NCBI GenBank assembly: GCA_965197645.1
Contig: OZ240219.1
Coordinates: 1,216,001-1,280,000, forward strand
Direction of reading: 5' to 3'
Source of the DNA: Dehalococcoidia bacterium
GTDB taxonomy: Bacteria; Chloroflexota; Dehalococcoidia; Plut-88900
DNA length: 64,000 nt
Within the stretch, counting starts at the first letter, position 1, and each line of letters opens with the position of its first letter. A program made the position numbers and the translations under genes. Of the stretch, positions 30,630 to 42,002 are shown one piece after another. The notes beneath the pieces were generated by a model. The model was given only the letters and a program-made list of their open reading frames with translations, did not search any database and was not told the origin of the DNA.

Positions 30630-31917
30630 TAACGGACAGAGCGCCCCCCTGGCCCTCGATGGTCTCAGGGTGCTGGACCTGACCAAGGGTTGGTCTGGTC
30701 CAATAGGCGCCCGGCTGCTGGCCGACCTCGGCGCCGAGGTCATCAAGGTCGAGGCCCTGAGCGAACGAGGACGCTTGCTGGGGGGAGATCCTCCGGACCC
30801 CAACGACTATGCCAAGATCTGCCACGCCGTCTATCCCGGCAACGATCCTAGAAGGGAGCCCTACAACACTTACGGAGTCTTCAACGAGTATCACCGCAAC
30901 AAGCTGAGTCTGACCATGGACCTCACCAACGAGCGGTGCAACGAATACTTTCGAAGCCTGATCCCCATATCGGACGTTGTAATGGAAAACTACAGCACCA
31001 GGGTGATGGAGAACTTCGGGTTGGACTATTCATCCCTCAGGAGGCTGAACCCGACCCTGGTGTACATCTCCATGCCCGGGTTCGGCACGACCGGGCCTCA
31101 CAAGCACCACATCAGCTATGGCACCAACATAGAACCGACAGCCGGGCACTCCAATCTCATCGGGTATCCGGGCCCCGTGCCCTACAAGTCCGGAGAGGCC
31201 TATCCGGACCCCAACGCCGGCCTACACTCCGTGGCCGCTATCCTCACGGCCCTCTTCTACAGGCGAAGGACCGGTGAGGGCCAGTTCATAGACCTGTCGC
31301 AGAACGAGGCCGCGGTGGGACTGATCGGAGAGGAGCTGCTGGCTTACAGCATGAATAAAGAGGACCCGGTGCGGATGGGCAATCGCCACCCCTATCATGC
31401 TCCCCACAACGCCTACCGGTGCAAGGGCGACGACCGGTGGATCGCCATCGCCGTCACCAATGAAGAGCAGTGGCTAGCCCTGTGCGATGTGATGGGCAAC
31501 CCGGAATGGTGTCAGGATGAGCGGTTTGGGGACCAGTTCAATCGCTGGCGCAACCAAGAGGAGCTGGACGCCAATATCTCGGCATGGACGTCCGACAAAG
31601 ACTACAAAGAGCTGATGCACACGCTCCAGAAGGCCGGGGTGCCCGCCGGCGCCGTGTTCACCAACCGGGACGTCGCGGAAGATCCCCATTTGAAGGAGCG
31701 GGGTTACATCTGGGACGTTTCCCATCCCAGGACCGGGCCCCAACAGTTCCTGGGCGTCCCGGTGCGCCTGTCCGAGACCCCCGGAGCCCTGAGGATGCCC
31801 GCTCCTATGATGGGTCAGCACAACCGTTACCTGTTGGAGGACCTGTTAGGCGCCGGCCCTGACGAGGTCGCCCGCCTGGAGGCCCAAGGGGCCATGGGCA
31901 CCCAACCTCCGGAATAG
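30619..31917 (+). CDS. Family III CoA-transferase, catalytic Asp (BbsF-like)
   Basis: LDGLRVLDLT..WSGP, HRNKLS, YPDPNAG, APMMGQHN; overlaps the upstream partner by 11 nt. Confidence 0.92.
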   Translation: MSSSNGQSAPLALDGLRVLDLTKGWSGPIGARLLADLGAEVIKVEALSERGRLLGGDPPDPNDYAKICHAVYPGNDPRREPYNTYGVFNEYHRNKLSLTMDLTNERCNEYFRSLIPISDVVMENYSTRVMENFGLDYSSLRRLNPTLVYISMPGFGTTGPHKHHISYGTNIEPTAGHSNLIGYPGPVPYKSGEAYPDPNAGLHSVAAILTALFYRRRTGEGQFIDLSQNEAAVGLIGEELLAYSMNKEDPVRMGNRHPYHAPHNAYRCKGDDRWIAIAVTNEEQWLALCDVMGNPEWCQDERFGDQFNRWRNQEELDANISAWTSDKDYKELMHTLQKAGVPAGAVFTNRDVAEDPHLKERGYIWDVSHPRTGPQQFLGVPVRLSETPGALRMPAPMMGQHNRYLLEDLLGAGPDEVARLEAQGAMGTQPPE

Positions 31918-32148
31918 CTCTTCAGCATTGTCTGCGGCTCCCGGCGTAGGGGTCACTAGCTCGGAGCGAGCAAAGCGTCGTTTCTTCCTTCGTCATGCCG
32001 GGCAGTACCGAGAAACCGCCAGTCGTTCCGGCCATCGAAATGGCCTGAGGTTCAAGACAATCGAAGCAGAGCTGCACTTTGAAAATCTCGCTGGAATGGT
32101 TAGACTGGTAGGAGGCTCCAACACCGCACCGCAACGCCGGGGAAACAC

Positions 32149-34212
<2,064 letters not shown>

Positions 34213-34218
34213 CCGTCT

Positions 34219-34410
34219 TATCGCGACCATCCCCCTGGCCCCCTTCCTGGCCAGGAAGGGGGCAGAAAAACAGATTATATTTGAGGGTGTCCCTCAAACT
34301 CCCGGCGAAGGGGCTTCGCCCCTCTGCACACCCCTTGTTCTACCAACCTGCTACTGCAGTTTGAGGTGGTGGAGAGCCGTCGGATGCAATCCGAGGTGGG
34401 CGGAAGCGTA
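34219..34410 (-). repeat. Dispersed repeat copy E with GGATTGCATCCGACGGCTCTCC module
   Basis: Reverse complement of copies A/B, directly after the uvrB stop; a further variant fragment at ~34450-34495. Confidence 0.85.
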
Positions 34411-34576
34411 AACCACTCAGGGAGGATATCGAGCCTATCCCACTACCCCGCATTGAGGGAGTCCAGAGGGTTTCTCTCCCTTGATGGCAGGCGGTTGTGA
34501 ATAAGACACCTGTCCTTTCGCGACAAGCCCAGGTAGAGAGTCCAGACGTGATTAATCACTACAGGAGAACGGTCAA

Positions 34577-35656
34577 ATGACAATGAACATAGCTCTTTCC
34601 CAGGAAGATTGGCCGTTGCAGCGCCGGTGCGAGTTCCTATCAAAGGTGTACGGGCTGTGGTCCACCGGCCTCACGCTCTCCAACTACGGATTAAACGGCG
34701 AGGAGGTGGTTACCCAGTGGAGCTATCGGATGATCCACAATCACCAGAGGGGCTATTTCCTGGAGGGCCTGAGGAAACTGGGCGTAGACCCGGAAAAGGA
34801 ACCCCCGGCTGTAGTGGCGGGTAAGTACCACTTCTTATCCAACGGCCTTGGCGGTCTGGACATGGAGTACGTGGAAGAGTCACCCAAGAAGGTCTGGATC
34901 CGCTATAACCCACCTTCTTCGGGTGGAAGTACGGGATCGCTAGTTATGCCACCCAGTGCGGGCCGGGCCACCTTTCAAGGCTGGCACGCCCGTAACGGTG
35001 AGCTATTGGGTAACCTGAAACTTGGATTCGTTCTCACCCGTGGATTCTCGGAGGAAGAGCCGTACGGCGAAGGGTACTTCAAGGAGTACGATCACGAGCT
35101 GGCACCCGAGGAGCGTATCCAGTACGACTCTGTCTCAAAAATGCCCGAGTTCGATCCCGAGACCGCCCCGAAGCTGGACTCGGAGGTCTGGCCTCCGGAC
35201 CGCCGGGCCAAGGCGTTGAGAAATTTCGCCAGGGGATACGTTGAAGAGTCGATAACCACTCATATGCAGATGATGGGCACTCACGCCACGGCCAGGGTCG
35301 TCGCAAAAGCATTTCGAGGCATCGCCATCCAGTTTGGCAGGGAGCTCCTAGGCGATTTGAACATCACGGAGAAGAGCGCTATGTCCCTGGCCATCTTTAC
35401 CAAGCTCATGGGGGACATGGAAGGGGATTCGATGGAGCTGACCTCTCCGTCCCCCGACGAGTATATTCTCAGACGGCACAGCAGGCGGCTTCTCCCACCG
35501 GGTTCGGCTCCGGCGGAGGTCCACCGGGCGATGTTCGCCTTCACGGAAACTCTGGCCAAGATAATGAACCTTCACCGAATCAAAGTCGGTCAGACCGCTT
35601 TGATGGACGAAGGGGCGCCATACGACGAGATCACTTTTCAAGAGCTGAGGCCCTGA
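34577..35656 (+). CDS. Hypothetical protein (359 aa)
   Basis: AGGAG RBS; long ORF with protein-like motifs YHFLSNGLGG, KKVWIRY, GWHARNG..LGF, GYFKEYD. Confidence 0.8.
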   Translation: MTMNIALSQEDWPLQRRCEFLSKVYGLWSTGLTLSNYGLNGEEVVTQWSYRMIHNHQRGYFLEGLRKLGVDPEKEPPAVVAGKYHFLSNGLGGLDMEYVEESPKKVWIRYNPPSSGGSTGSLVMPPSAGRATFQGWHARNGELLGNLKLGFVLTRGFSEEEPYGEGYFKEYDHELAPEERIQYDSVSKMPEFDPETAPKLDSEVWPPDRRAKALRNFARGYVEESITTHMQMMGTHATARVVAKAFRGIAIQFGRELLGDLNITEKSAMSLAIFTKLMGDMEGDSMELTSPSPDEYILRRHSRRLLPPGSAPAEVHRAMFAFTETLAKIMNLHRIKVGQTALMDEGAPYDEITFQELRP

Positions 35657-35699
35657 TGACATCTGCCTCCTTCCAGAGAACCCAGCTGGCCGACGAATT

Positions 35700-35810
35700 A
35701 TGGGGTGTGCAGAGGGAAGATTCCCCGCTGGCGGGGGTCCCGGGGGAGTCCCCCGGATTCCTTTCTTACCCTTGCCTGGTCAGAAAGGCGGCTGAAGGGA
35801 GGGTCGGAAC
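35700..35810 (+). repeat. Dispersed repeat copy F (degenerate)
   Basis: ATGGGGTGTGCAGAGGG...GGGGGTCCCGGGGGAGTCCCCCGG...GGGAGGGTCGGAA. Confidence 0.75.
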
Positions 35811-35882
35811 TATTATAAAAGGGGCCTAAACCTTCGCGATTGCGGTATAATCTATCCTGGCAAGAACACTAGAGGAGGCAAC

Positions 35883-36197
35883 ATGACAACAGCAACCGTG
35901 ACCGAAGAGCAAGTAGTCGACGCGCTCAGGGAGATATACGATCCCGAGATCCCCATTATCAACATCGTCGATCTCGGTTTGATCTACGAGGTTGAGGTGC
36001 ACGACAGCGAGGTCAACGTAGAAATGTCCTTGACCGCTCAGGGCTGTCCGATGTCCGGCACCATCAGCGCCACCTGCGAAGAAGCTATAGAGGCGATACC
36101 CGGAGTCGGCAACGCTACCGTGGACGTAGTTTGGGATCCCCCATGGAGCCCGGAGAAGATAACGGAAGAGGGCCGTAAAGCCCTGGGCTGGGAGTAA
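35883..36197 (+). CDS. DUF59/SufT-type Fe-S cluster maturation factor
   Basis: YDPEIP..NIVDLGLIY, LTAQGCP, VWDPPWS. Confidence 0.93.
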   Translation: MTTATVTEEQVVDALREIYDPEIPIINIVDLGLIYEVEVHDSEVNVEMSLTAQGCPMSGTISATCEEAIEAIPGVGNATVDVVWDPPWSPEKITEEGRKALGWE

Positions 36198-36275
36198 TCT
36201 CCCAAGTCATCCCCACCTATCCCGTTCCCTTTACGTCTATTCTTCCGTTCGCACCACCCGAAGGAATGGCTATAC

Positions 36276-37103
36276 ATGGCTGAGCCTATAAAGCCGATTG
36301 TTGGCAAAAAAGAGGTGAGCGAGCAAGACAAGGCTCGCATCGAGGCGATGAAGCGCAACTGGGAGCAGAAGCGCAGAGTCGGACAGAACCTCGATAGGAT
36401 CAAGAACAAAGTCGCCGTCTACAGCGGCAAAGGCGGTGTGGGCAAGACCACCATAGCCGTCAACATCGCAGTGACTCTGGCCCAGCAGGGACACAGTGTC
36501 GGTCTGCTGGACGCGGACATAGACTGTCCCAACGTCATCCAGATGCTCCACATGCACACCGGTCCCGCCATGCAGGACGGACACATCCTCCCTGCCGAGA
36601 AGTACAACGTCAAGGTCATGTCCATGGGCTTCTTCCAGAAGGACCAGCAGGAGGCTATCATCTGGCGGGGCCCGATGATACACAACGCCATCAACCAGTT
36701 CCTGGAGATGACAGAGTGGGGCGATCTGGACTACCTGGTCGTCGACTTGCCTCCCGGCACCTCGGACGCTCCCCTTACCATCATGCAGGTGCTGAAGCTG
36801 GATGGGTTCATCGTGGTGACCACGCCCCAGGACCTGTCGGTCATCGACGCTATCCGCTCGATCAACATGATCAAGAAGATGAACGTCAACATCCTGGGTG
36901 TGGTGGAGAACATGTCGGGAGAGATCTTCGGATCGGGCGCCGGTGAGGAGATCGCCAAGCGGCTGGAGATCGATTACCTGGGCAGTCTGGAGATGGACAA
37001 GGTCTACAACGATATGTCCGGTCCGGTGGCCCTACGGGAAGAGCGGATCCGCAAGCAGTTCGATAAGCTGTTGGAGGGTGCTCTCTCCGGCCTGGAGCAG
37101 TAG
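36276..37103 (+). CDS. mrp: Mrp/ApbC/NBP35 P-loop ATPase (atypical: no CPxC)
   Basis: SGKGGVGKTT, IIWRGPM, WGDLDYLVVDLPPGTSD, VTTPQ, GVVENMS. Confidence 0.88.
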   Translation: MAEPIKPIVGKKEVSEQDKARIEAMKRNWEQKRRVGQNLDRIKNKVAVYSGKGGVGKTTIAVNIAVTLAQQGHSVGLLDADIDCPNVIQMLHMHTGPAMQDGHILPAEKYNVKVMSMGFFQKDQQEAIIWRGPMIHNAINQFLEMTEWGDLDYLVVDLPPGTSDAPLTIMQVLKLDGFIVVTTPQDLSVIDAIRSINMIKKMNVNILGVVENMSGEIFGSGAGEEIAKRLEIDYLGSLEMDKVYNDMSGPVALREERIRKQFDKLLEGALSGLEQ

Positions 37104-37161
37104 TCCGGACCCAAATTGGTTCAGGCCCGGCCTCCGGCAGACGTGTCAGGTTAGAACAGGG

Positions 37162-39009
37162 TCATCTCCGAGGCTCGCCAGCGTCCTCGATCTCCATCGG
37201 TTTGGTGCGTCGGGGCAGCCTCCCCCTTATACTGCGGACCCCGCTCGAAACCCTGCCCTGCAGATAATTCACCTCTTTGTTTATGGCGGCTTTGAAATGG
37301 GAGCTGTATTCGCCCATCTTGCGGTACTTCTTGTATCGTTCCTTCACCAGCTTCTTGGCGGGAACGCCCTGCACCTCAAAGAGCTGGGCCACCAACATCC
37401 GCTGCAGCTGGGCAGCGGCTTCCTCGGGGCTGTTGTGGGCGCCTTGCGAAGGTTCCGGCACAACGACGTCCACTATCTCTAGCTGCATGCAGTCCTGGGC
37501 GGTGACCCTCAGCGCCGGGGTAACCTCTTCCGCCCTGTCCGGGTCTCGATAGAGCAGCGTTGCGGCTCCCTCGGGAGAGATGGGGGAGTAGATGGCGTTT
37601 TCGAGCATGAGGATAGAGTCCGCAACGCCCAGGGCGAGTGCGCCTTCGCTGCCGCCTTCTCCTATGATTACGGAGATCACGGGAGTTGGAAGATCGGAGA
37701 GGAGGGCCATTGTGGAGGCAATGCTGTTGCCCAGCCCTCGCTGCTCGGAGTCCAGGGAAGGCAGGGCGCCGGGCGTGTCGATAAAGGTGACCAGCGGGAG
37801 GTTGAAGCGAGCGGCCATGCGCATGGCCCGCTGCGCCTTTCTGAACCCATCAGGCCCGGAGCGGCCTTCGTTTCTCCGGGCAACTCCGGCGGCGTGGCCT
37901 CGCTCTTGACCTACTATCACAACAGGCTGGCCCCCCAAGTATCCCAGCCCGCACACAACTGCAGGATCATCGCCGTGGACCCGGTCGCCTGAAAGCTCGA
38001 TGAAGCTGGAGGAGATGCGGCTGATGTAGTCCAGGGAAGTGGGCCGGTCCTTGTGGCGGGCCAGTCTGACCCTCTCCCAGGCGGTCTGCTCGACGGCCCT
38101 AGTAAACGAGGGCCTCTTTCCCTTCTGGCGAAGGGTGAGCTTGTACTTGGACGCCAACATGTCGGCCAGGATCGAGAGCAGGTCGGTGAGACGCTCCCGC
38201 TCTACGATCATATCGATCATGCCGTGTTCCAGGTGGGCTTCGGCCGTGTGGGCGCCTTTCGGCAGCGGCTCTGAGGTGTGCTCTTCCACCATTCTGAGAG
38301 GAGCGAACCCGACCAAGGCTTCCGGCTCGGCGAGGATGATGTCGGCCATGTTGGCGAAGCTGGCATAGACGTGGCCGGAGGTTGGGTTGGCCATAACGGA
38401 TATGAATGGGATGCCGGCTTCCTGCAGCCGTTTGGCCGCAGCGGCCGTCTTGGCCATTTGCATCAGGGAGAGCACCCCTTCCTGTATCCTTGCTCCCCCG
38501 CTGGTTACGATGGCGATAAGAGGCAGCTTCTTCTTCTGGGCCGCCTCGAATGCCAGGGCTACCTTTTCCCCCACCACACAACCCATGCTCCCGCCCAGAA
38601 AACCGAAGTCCAGAACGATTATCACGGCCGGAGAGCCTTTGATCTCGCAGATGCCGGTCACCGCAGCCTCGGTGAGGCCGGTCAACCTCTGGGCCTCGAA
38701 CAGCTTCTTCTTATAGGACACGCCGCCGGAAAAGGAGAGGGGGTCCAGGGAGATGAGGGAATGATTGAGCTCCTTGAAGGTCCCCGGATCGGCCAAAAGG
38801 GATATCCGATCGCGAGCGGAGATGTTGTGGTGAAAGCCGCACTCGTGGCAGACCCATGTCCTCCGGTACCTATCGGACTGGGACAGGTCTGTGCCGCAGG
38901 AGAGGCAGACGAGCGGGTCCGGATCGGGGACGGCTTTAGTGTCACCGCCCCTTCCGATGAAGGAGCTCAGGAGGTCGGCCAGACCCCTGGCCCTTTGCTT
39001 GCTAGTCAT
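37162..39009 (-). CDS. accD: Fused acetyl-CoA carboxylase carboxyltransferase beta-alpha (AccD-AccA)
   Basis: CLSC..CHEC Zn finger, FLGGSMG, SGGARIQEG, QMAK; then ARHKDRP, GDRVHGDD, FIDTPGA, GEGGSEGAL, ISPEG. Confidence 0.93.
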   Translation of the reverse strand: MTSKQRARGLADLLSSFIGRGGDTKAVPDPDPLVCLSCGTDLSQSDRYRRTWVCHECGFHHNISARDRISLLADPGTFKELNHSLISLDPLSFSGGVSYKKKLFEAQRLTGLTEAAVTGICEIKGSPAVIIVLDFGFLGGSMGCVVGEKVALAFEAAQKKKLPLIAIVTSGGARIQEGVLSLMQMAKTAAAAKRLQEAGIPFISVMANPTSGHVYASFANMADIILAEPEALVGFAPLRMVEEHTSEPLPKGAHTAEAHLEHGMIDMIVERERLTDLLSILADMLASKYKLTLRQKGKRPSFTRAVEQTAWERVRLARHKDRPTSLDYISRISSSFIELSGDRVHGDDPAVVCGLGYLGGQPVVIVGQERGHAAGVARRNEGRSGPDGFRKAQRAMRMAARFNLPLVTFIDTPGALPSLDSEQRGLGNSIASTMALLSDLPTPVISVIIGEGGSEGALALGVADSILMLENAIYSPISPEGAATLLYRDPDRAEEVTPALRVTAQDCMQLEIVDVVVPEPSQGAHNSPEEAAAQLQRMLVAQLFEVQGVPAKKLVKERYKKYRKMGEYSSHFKAAINKEVNYLQGRVSSGVRSIRGRLPRRTKPMEIEDAGEPRR

Positions 39010-39023
39010 CGAAGTAACGCCTG

Positions 39024-41969
39024 CTAGTCATCTAAGTAGCTGTCTGCGGTCTGCGGCTCTTTGATAACCTTCCGGGACTTGCCCGGCTCGCCCTCGCTTA
39101 CTATTCCCTGCTCTTCCAGTATATCTATCAGTTTCGCGGCTCGGGGATACCCGATGCCCAGGCGTCTCTGCAACAGGGATGTGGAGATGCTCTTGAGCCC
39201 CATGGCCAGGTCTCGGGCTTTGTTTGCCATGGGGTCCTCATCACGGACCTGTGTCGGAGTTTCAGAGCTTTCGGTAATCTCGTCCGCAGCTATGGGCAAC
39301 TCCAGCTGACCTCGCTGCTCCGTCCAATGATAGACCAGCCTATCCACCTCCTGGTCGGAGAGATAGACGCCCTGGAGCCGCCTGGGCTTGGAGGCGTCCG
39401 AGGGGAGGTAGAGCATGTCGCCCCGGCCCAGCAGCTTCTCGGCGCCGCCGGTATCCAGGATGACCCGGGAGTCCATCATGGAGGTAACGGCAAAGCTCAG
39501 CCTGGTGGGGAAGTTGGCCTTGATCAGCCCGGTAATGACGTCCACCGATGGTCGCTGCGTAGCTACTACCAGGTGAATGCCGGTGGCCCGCCCCATCTGG
39601 GCCAGCCTGGTCAGCGCCTGCTCCACGTCGAAGGGGGACATAGCCATCAGGTCCGCCAACTCGTCGATGACCACCACGAGGAAGGACATCTTTTGCGAGG
39701 GGTCAACCTTCTTGTTGTAGCTCTCTATGTTTCGGGCCGCCGCCGAGGCCATGACCTTGTAGCGCCGGTCCATCTCCTTGCAGACCCATTTCAGCGTGTC
39801 TACGACCTTCTCCATGTCCACGATGACGGGGGTCATCAGGTGAGGTATGGTGCTGAAGCCCACCAGCTCGACTCTCTTGGGGTCTATCAACACGAACCTG
39901 AGGTCCTCGGGGGTGTTGTGCATCAGAAGGCAGGAGATAATCGATGTTATCGCGACGCTCTTTCCGCTGCCCGTAGCTCCTGCTATCAGCAGGTGGGGCA
40001 TGCGGGCCAGGCTGTCTGCGACGACCTCTCCCGAGCTGCCTTGGCCCAAGGCGAGGGCCAACTTGGACTTGCCCAACATCTTCTGGAAATGAGGACTTCC
40101 GATAGCCTCCTTGAGACCGACCACGCCCATGGCTGCGTTGGGGACCTCTATGCCCACCAGCGCCTTGCCTGGGACCGGCGCCTCTATGCGTATGCTTGGC
40201 GCCGCCAAAGCCAGCGCCAAGTCCTTGTCCAGCGCCGCGACCTGGTCTACCTTGACCCTCTTCTTGGAGACCTCTTCCCTGTGGACGACGGGGTTCCCAT
40301 CGCTATCCACCTTGATCTTGCCCTCCTCGGTCCGCTCCTTGATCTCCTTGTACTTCCTGAACCAGCCAGGTTCGACCCCGAACTGAGTCACCGTGGGGCC
40401 CGGGTTTATCTGCGCCACCGTAACCTCGATTCCGTGGCTGGCCAAGGCCTCCTTGATCATATCGGCCCGCTGTTCGTTGTCGGCGGGTTGAAGCTCAACT
40501 TCCTCGACGGAGTCCAGCAAATCGATGGGCGGTAACTCGGACTCGGGGTCCGGCTTTTCCGTGCCATTGCCCGCGGTGGCCAAGTCCGCTTTGGGTAACA
40601 GCTCTATCTGCCCTCGCTCCACCTCCTCAGCTGAGTCTATCTGGTCCTCGCCATCGATTACGATGTTCAAGGCCGGCTCGGGCGAGACCTCACTCTGCTC
40701 CTGTGCGACCTCCTCATCTGAGTCCGTCCCGTCAACGCCATTGCTGCCTACATTCCAGGGGAGCTCGGGTGTGGCCTCCATCTGCTCCTCTGCCACGTCT
40801 TCGTCTGTATCTGTGTGCTCCTGGACATCGCCGCCGACGTTCCAGGGAGCCTCGGATGAGACCTCTTCCGGTTCCTGTACGGCCACCTCATCGGCATCCG
40901 TCCTGCCCTCACCATTGATTCCGACGTTCCAGGGAACCTCGGACGGAGCCTCTCTCTGTTCCTGTCCCACCTTCTCGTCGGAATCCGCCGTTACCACGCC
41001 ACTGATTCCGACGTTCCAGAGGAGCTCGGGTGGGACGGCTCTCCGCTCCTGCCCTACCACCTCGTAGGAATCTGTTTCTTCCTGGCCATCGCTGCCGACG
41101 TTCCAGGGGACCACTGGGGCGAACTCTCCATCTTCTAGCTCCGCCTCTTCATCGGTCGAGACCTCTTCTGTCACTCCCGTTATCGGAGTAGAGAGCGGGA
41201 CGGCGGGCTCCAGGGTGTCGGTCGCGCCCTGAGCAAACCTCATGGCATCAGAGTCGCCTTCATATGCCGGCTCTGGTTCGCGCTGGAGGGTGATTCCGTA
41301 GCCCATCCCACTGTAGTCCTTGCTAGACGAGAGAGAACCTATCCAGTGCTGCATTTTCCTGCGTTCTTGCCAATCCTTCAGAGCGCCAAGCGGCCGCCCA
41401 ACGGAACGGCCCAGAAGCACCAAGCATGTAGCGATTAGAGTCAGCCCTATCGCAATGAAGGTTGCTCCTGCTACACCGTACTTCCGGAAATGACGGGGTG
41501 ACGCCAGGAGAATGGTGCCCAGGCCTATACCCACCAGCACCAGGACTCCTATATAGTCCTGGTCTCCGATGATGGAGAGCCCCAGCTCGCCACCAAAGGT
41601 GGATTCGGAGAGAACACCCCGGTCGGACTGGAAAAAGGCCATCGAGCCGAAGATCAGGGCGCCGAAAGCCACATAGGCCAGCCACCTGTTGGCGTTGTAC
41701 CAGAGACTGCCGGGGTGCAGGTAGGCTACCACCAACCCTATCAGGATCATTGCTCCCACTGGCGCCATGGCAATTCCGAAGGTCGATAGAAGGGTGTCCC
41801 AAAAAAAGATAACGAGCGGGACCAATATTGCTGAAGCGACTAAGACCAGAATTGCCCAACGGTAAGACGGATTGTCCACCAGCACGTTGCCGAAATTGGA
41901 GCCGGTGGGGCCTCTGGAGGATGTATCGATGCCCAGATCAGCGTCTATACCGGATTGCATTCGAGCCAT
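39024..41969 (-). CDS. ftsK: DNA translocase FtsK
   Basis: N-terminal TMs, IRIEAPVPGK, PHLLIAGATGSGKS, IDELADLM, ATQRPS, GAEKLLGRGDML, gamma domain LQRRLGIGYPRA. Confidence 0.96.
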   Translation of the reverse strand: MARMQSGIDADLGIDTSSRGPTGSNFGNVLVDNPSYRWAILVLVASAILVPLVIFFWDTLLSTFGIAMAPVGAMILIGLVVAYLHPGSLWYNANRWLAYVAFGALIFGSMAFFQSDRGVLSESTFGGELGLSIIGDQDYIGVLVLVGIGLGTILLASPRHFRKYGVAGATFIAIGLTLIATCLVLLGRSVGRPLGALKDWQERRKMQHWIGSLSSSKDYSGMGYGITLQREPEPAYEGDSDAMRFAQGATDTLEPAVPLSTPITGVTEEVSTDEEAELEDGEFAPVVPWNVGSDGQEETDSYEVVGQERRAVPPELLWNVGISGVVTADSDEKVGQEQREAPSEVPWNVGINGEGRTDADEVAVQEPEEVSSEAPWNVGGDVQEHTDTDEDVAEEQMEATPELPWNVGSNGVDGTDSDEEVAQEQSEVSPEPALNIVIDGEDQIDSAEEVERGQIELLPKADLATAGNGTEKPDPESELPPIDLLDSVEEVELQPADNEQRADMIKEALASHGIEVTVAQINPGPTVTQFGVEPGWFRKYKEIKERTEEGKIKVDSDGNPVVHREEVSKKRVKVDQVAALDKDLALALAAPSIRIEAPVPGKALVGIEVPNAAMGVVGLKEAIGSPHFQKMLGKSKLALALGQGSSGEVVADSLARMPHLLIAGATGSGKSVAITSIISCLLMHNTPEDLRFVLIDPKRVELVGFSTIPHLMTPVIVDMEKVVDTLKWVCKEMDRRYKVMASAAARNIESYNKKVDPSQKMSFLVVVIDELADLMAMSPFDVEQALTRLAQMGRATGIHLVVATQRPSVDVITGLIKANFPTRLSFAVTSMMDSRVILDTGGAEKLLGRGDMLYLPSDASKPRRLQGVYLSDQEVDRLVYHWTEQRGQLELPIAADEITESSETPTQVRDEDPMANKARDLAMGLKSISTSLLQRRLGIGYPRAAKLIDILEEQGIVSEGEPGKSRKVIKEPQTADSYLDD
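40620..41120 (-). repeat. Six in-frame 87-bp (29-aa) repeats in the FtsK linker
   Basis: TTCCA/TTCAA anchor at 41101, 41014, 40927, 40840, 40753 and 40666; PWNVG motif. Confidence 0.9.
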
Positions 41970-42002
41970 CTTTTCCTTCCTTTCTACTAGATTCTCATGT
42001 GC

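Noticed and set aside
31918-32148. LexA/SOS box upstream of uvrB (and ruvB)
   Set aside because: No convincing GAAC-N4-GTTC-type palindrome seen.
37162-39009. accD-accA fusion as a novelty
   Set aside because: Fused carboxyltransferase beta-alpha genes are known in several phyla.
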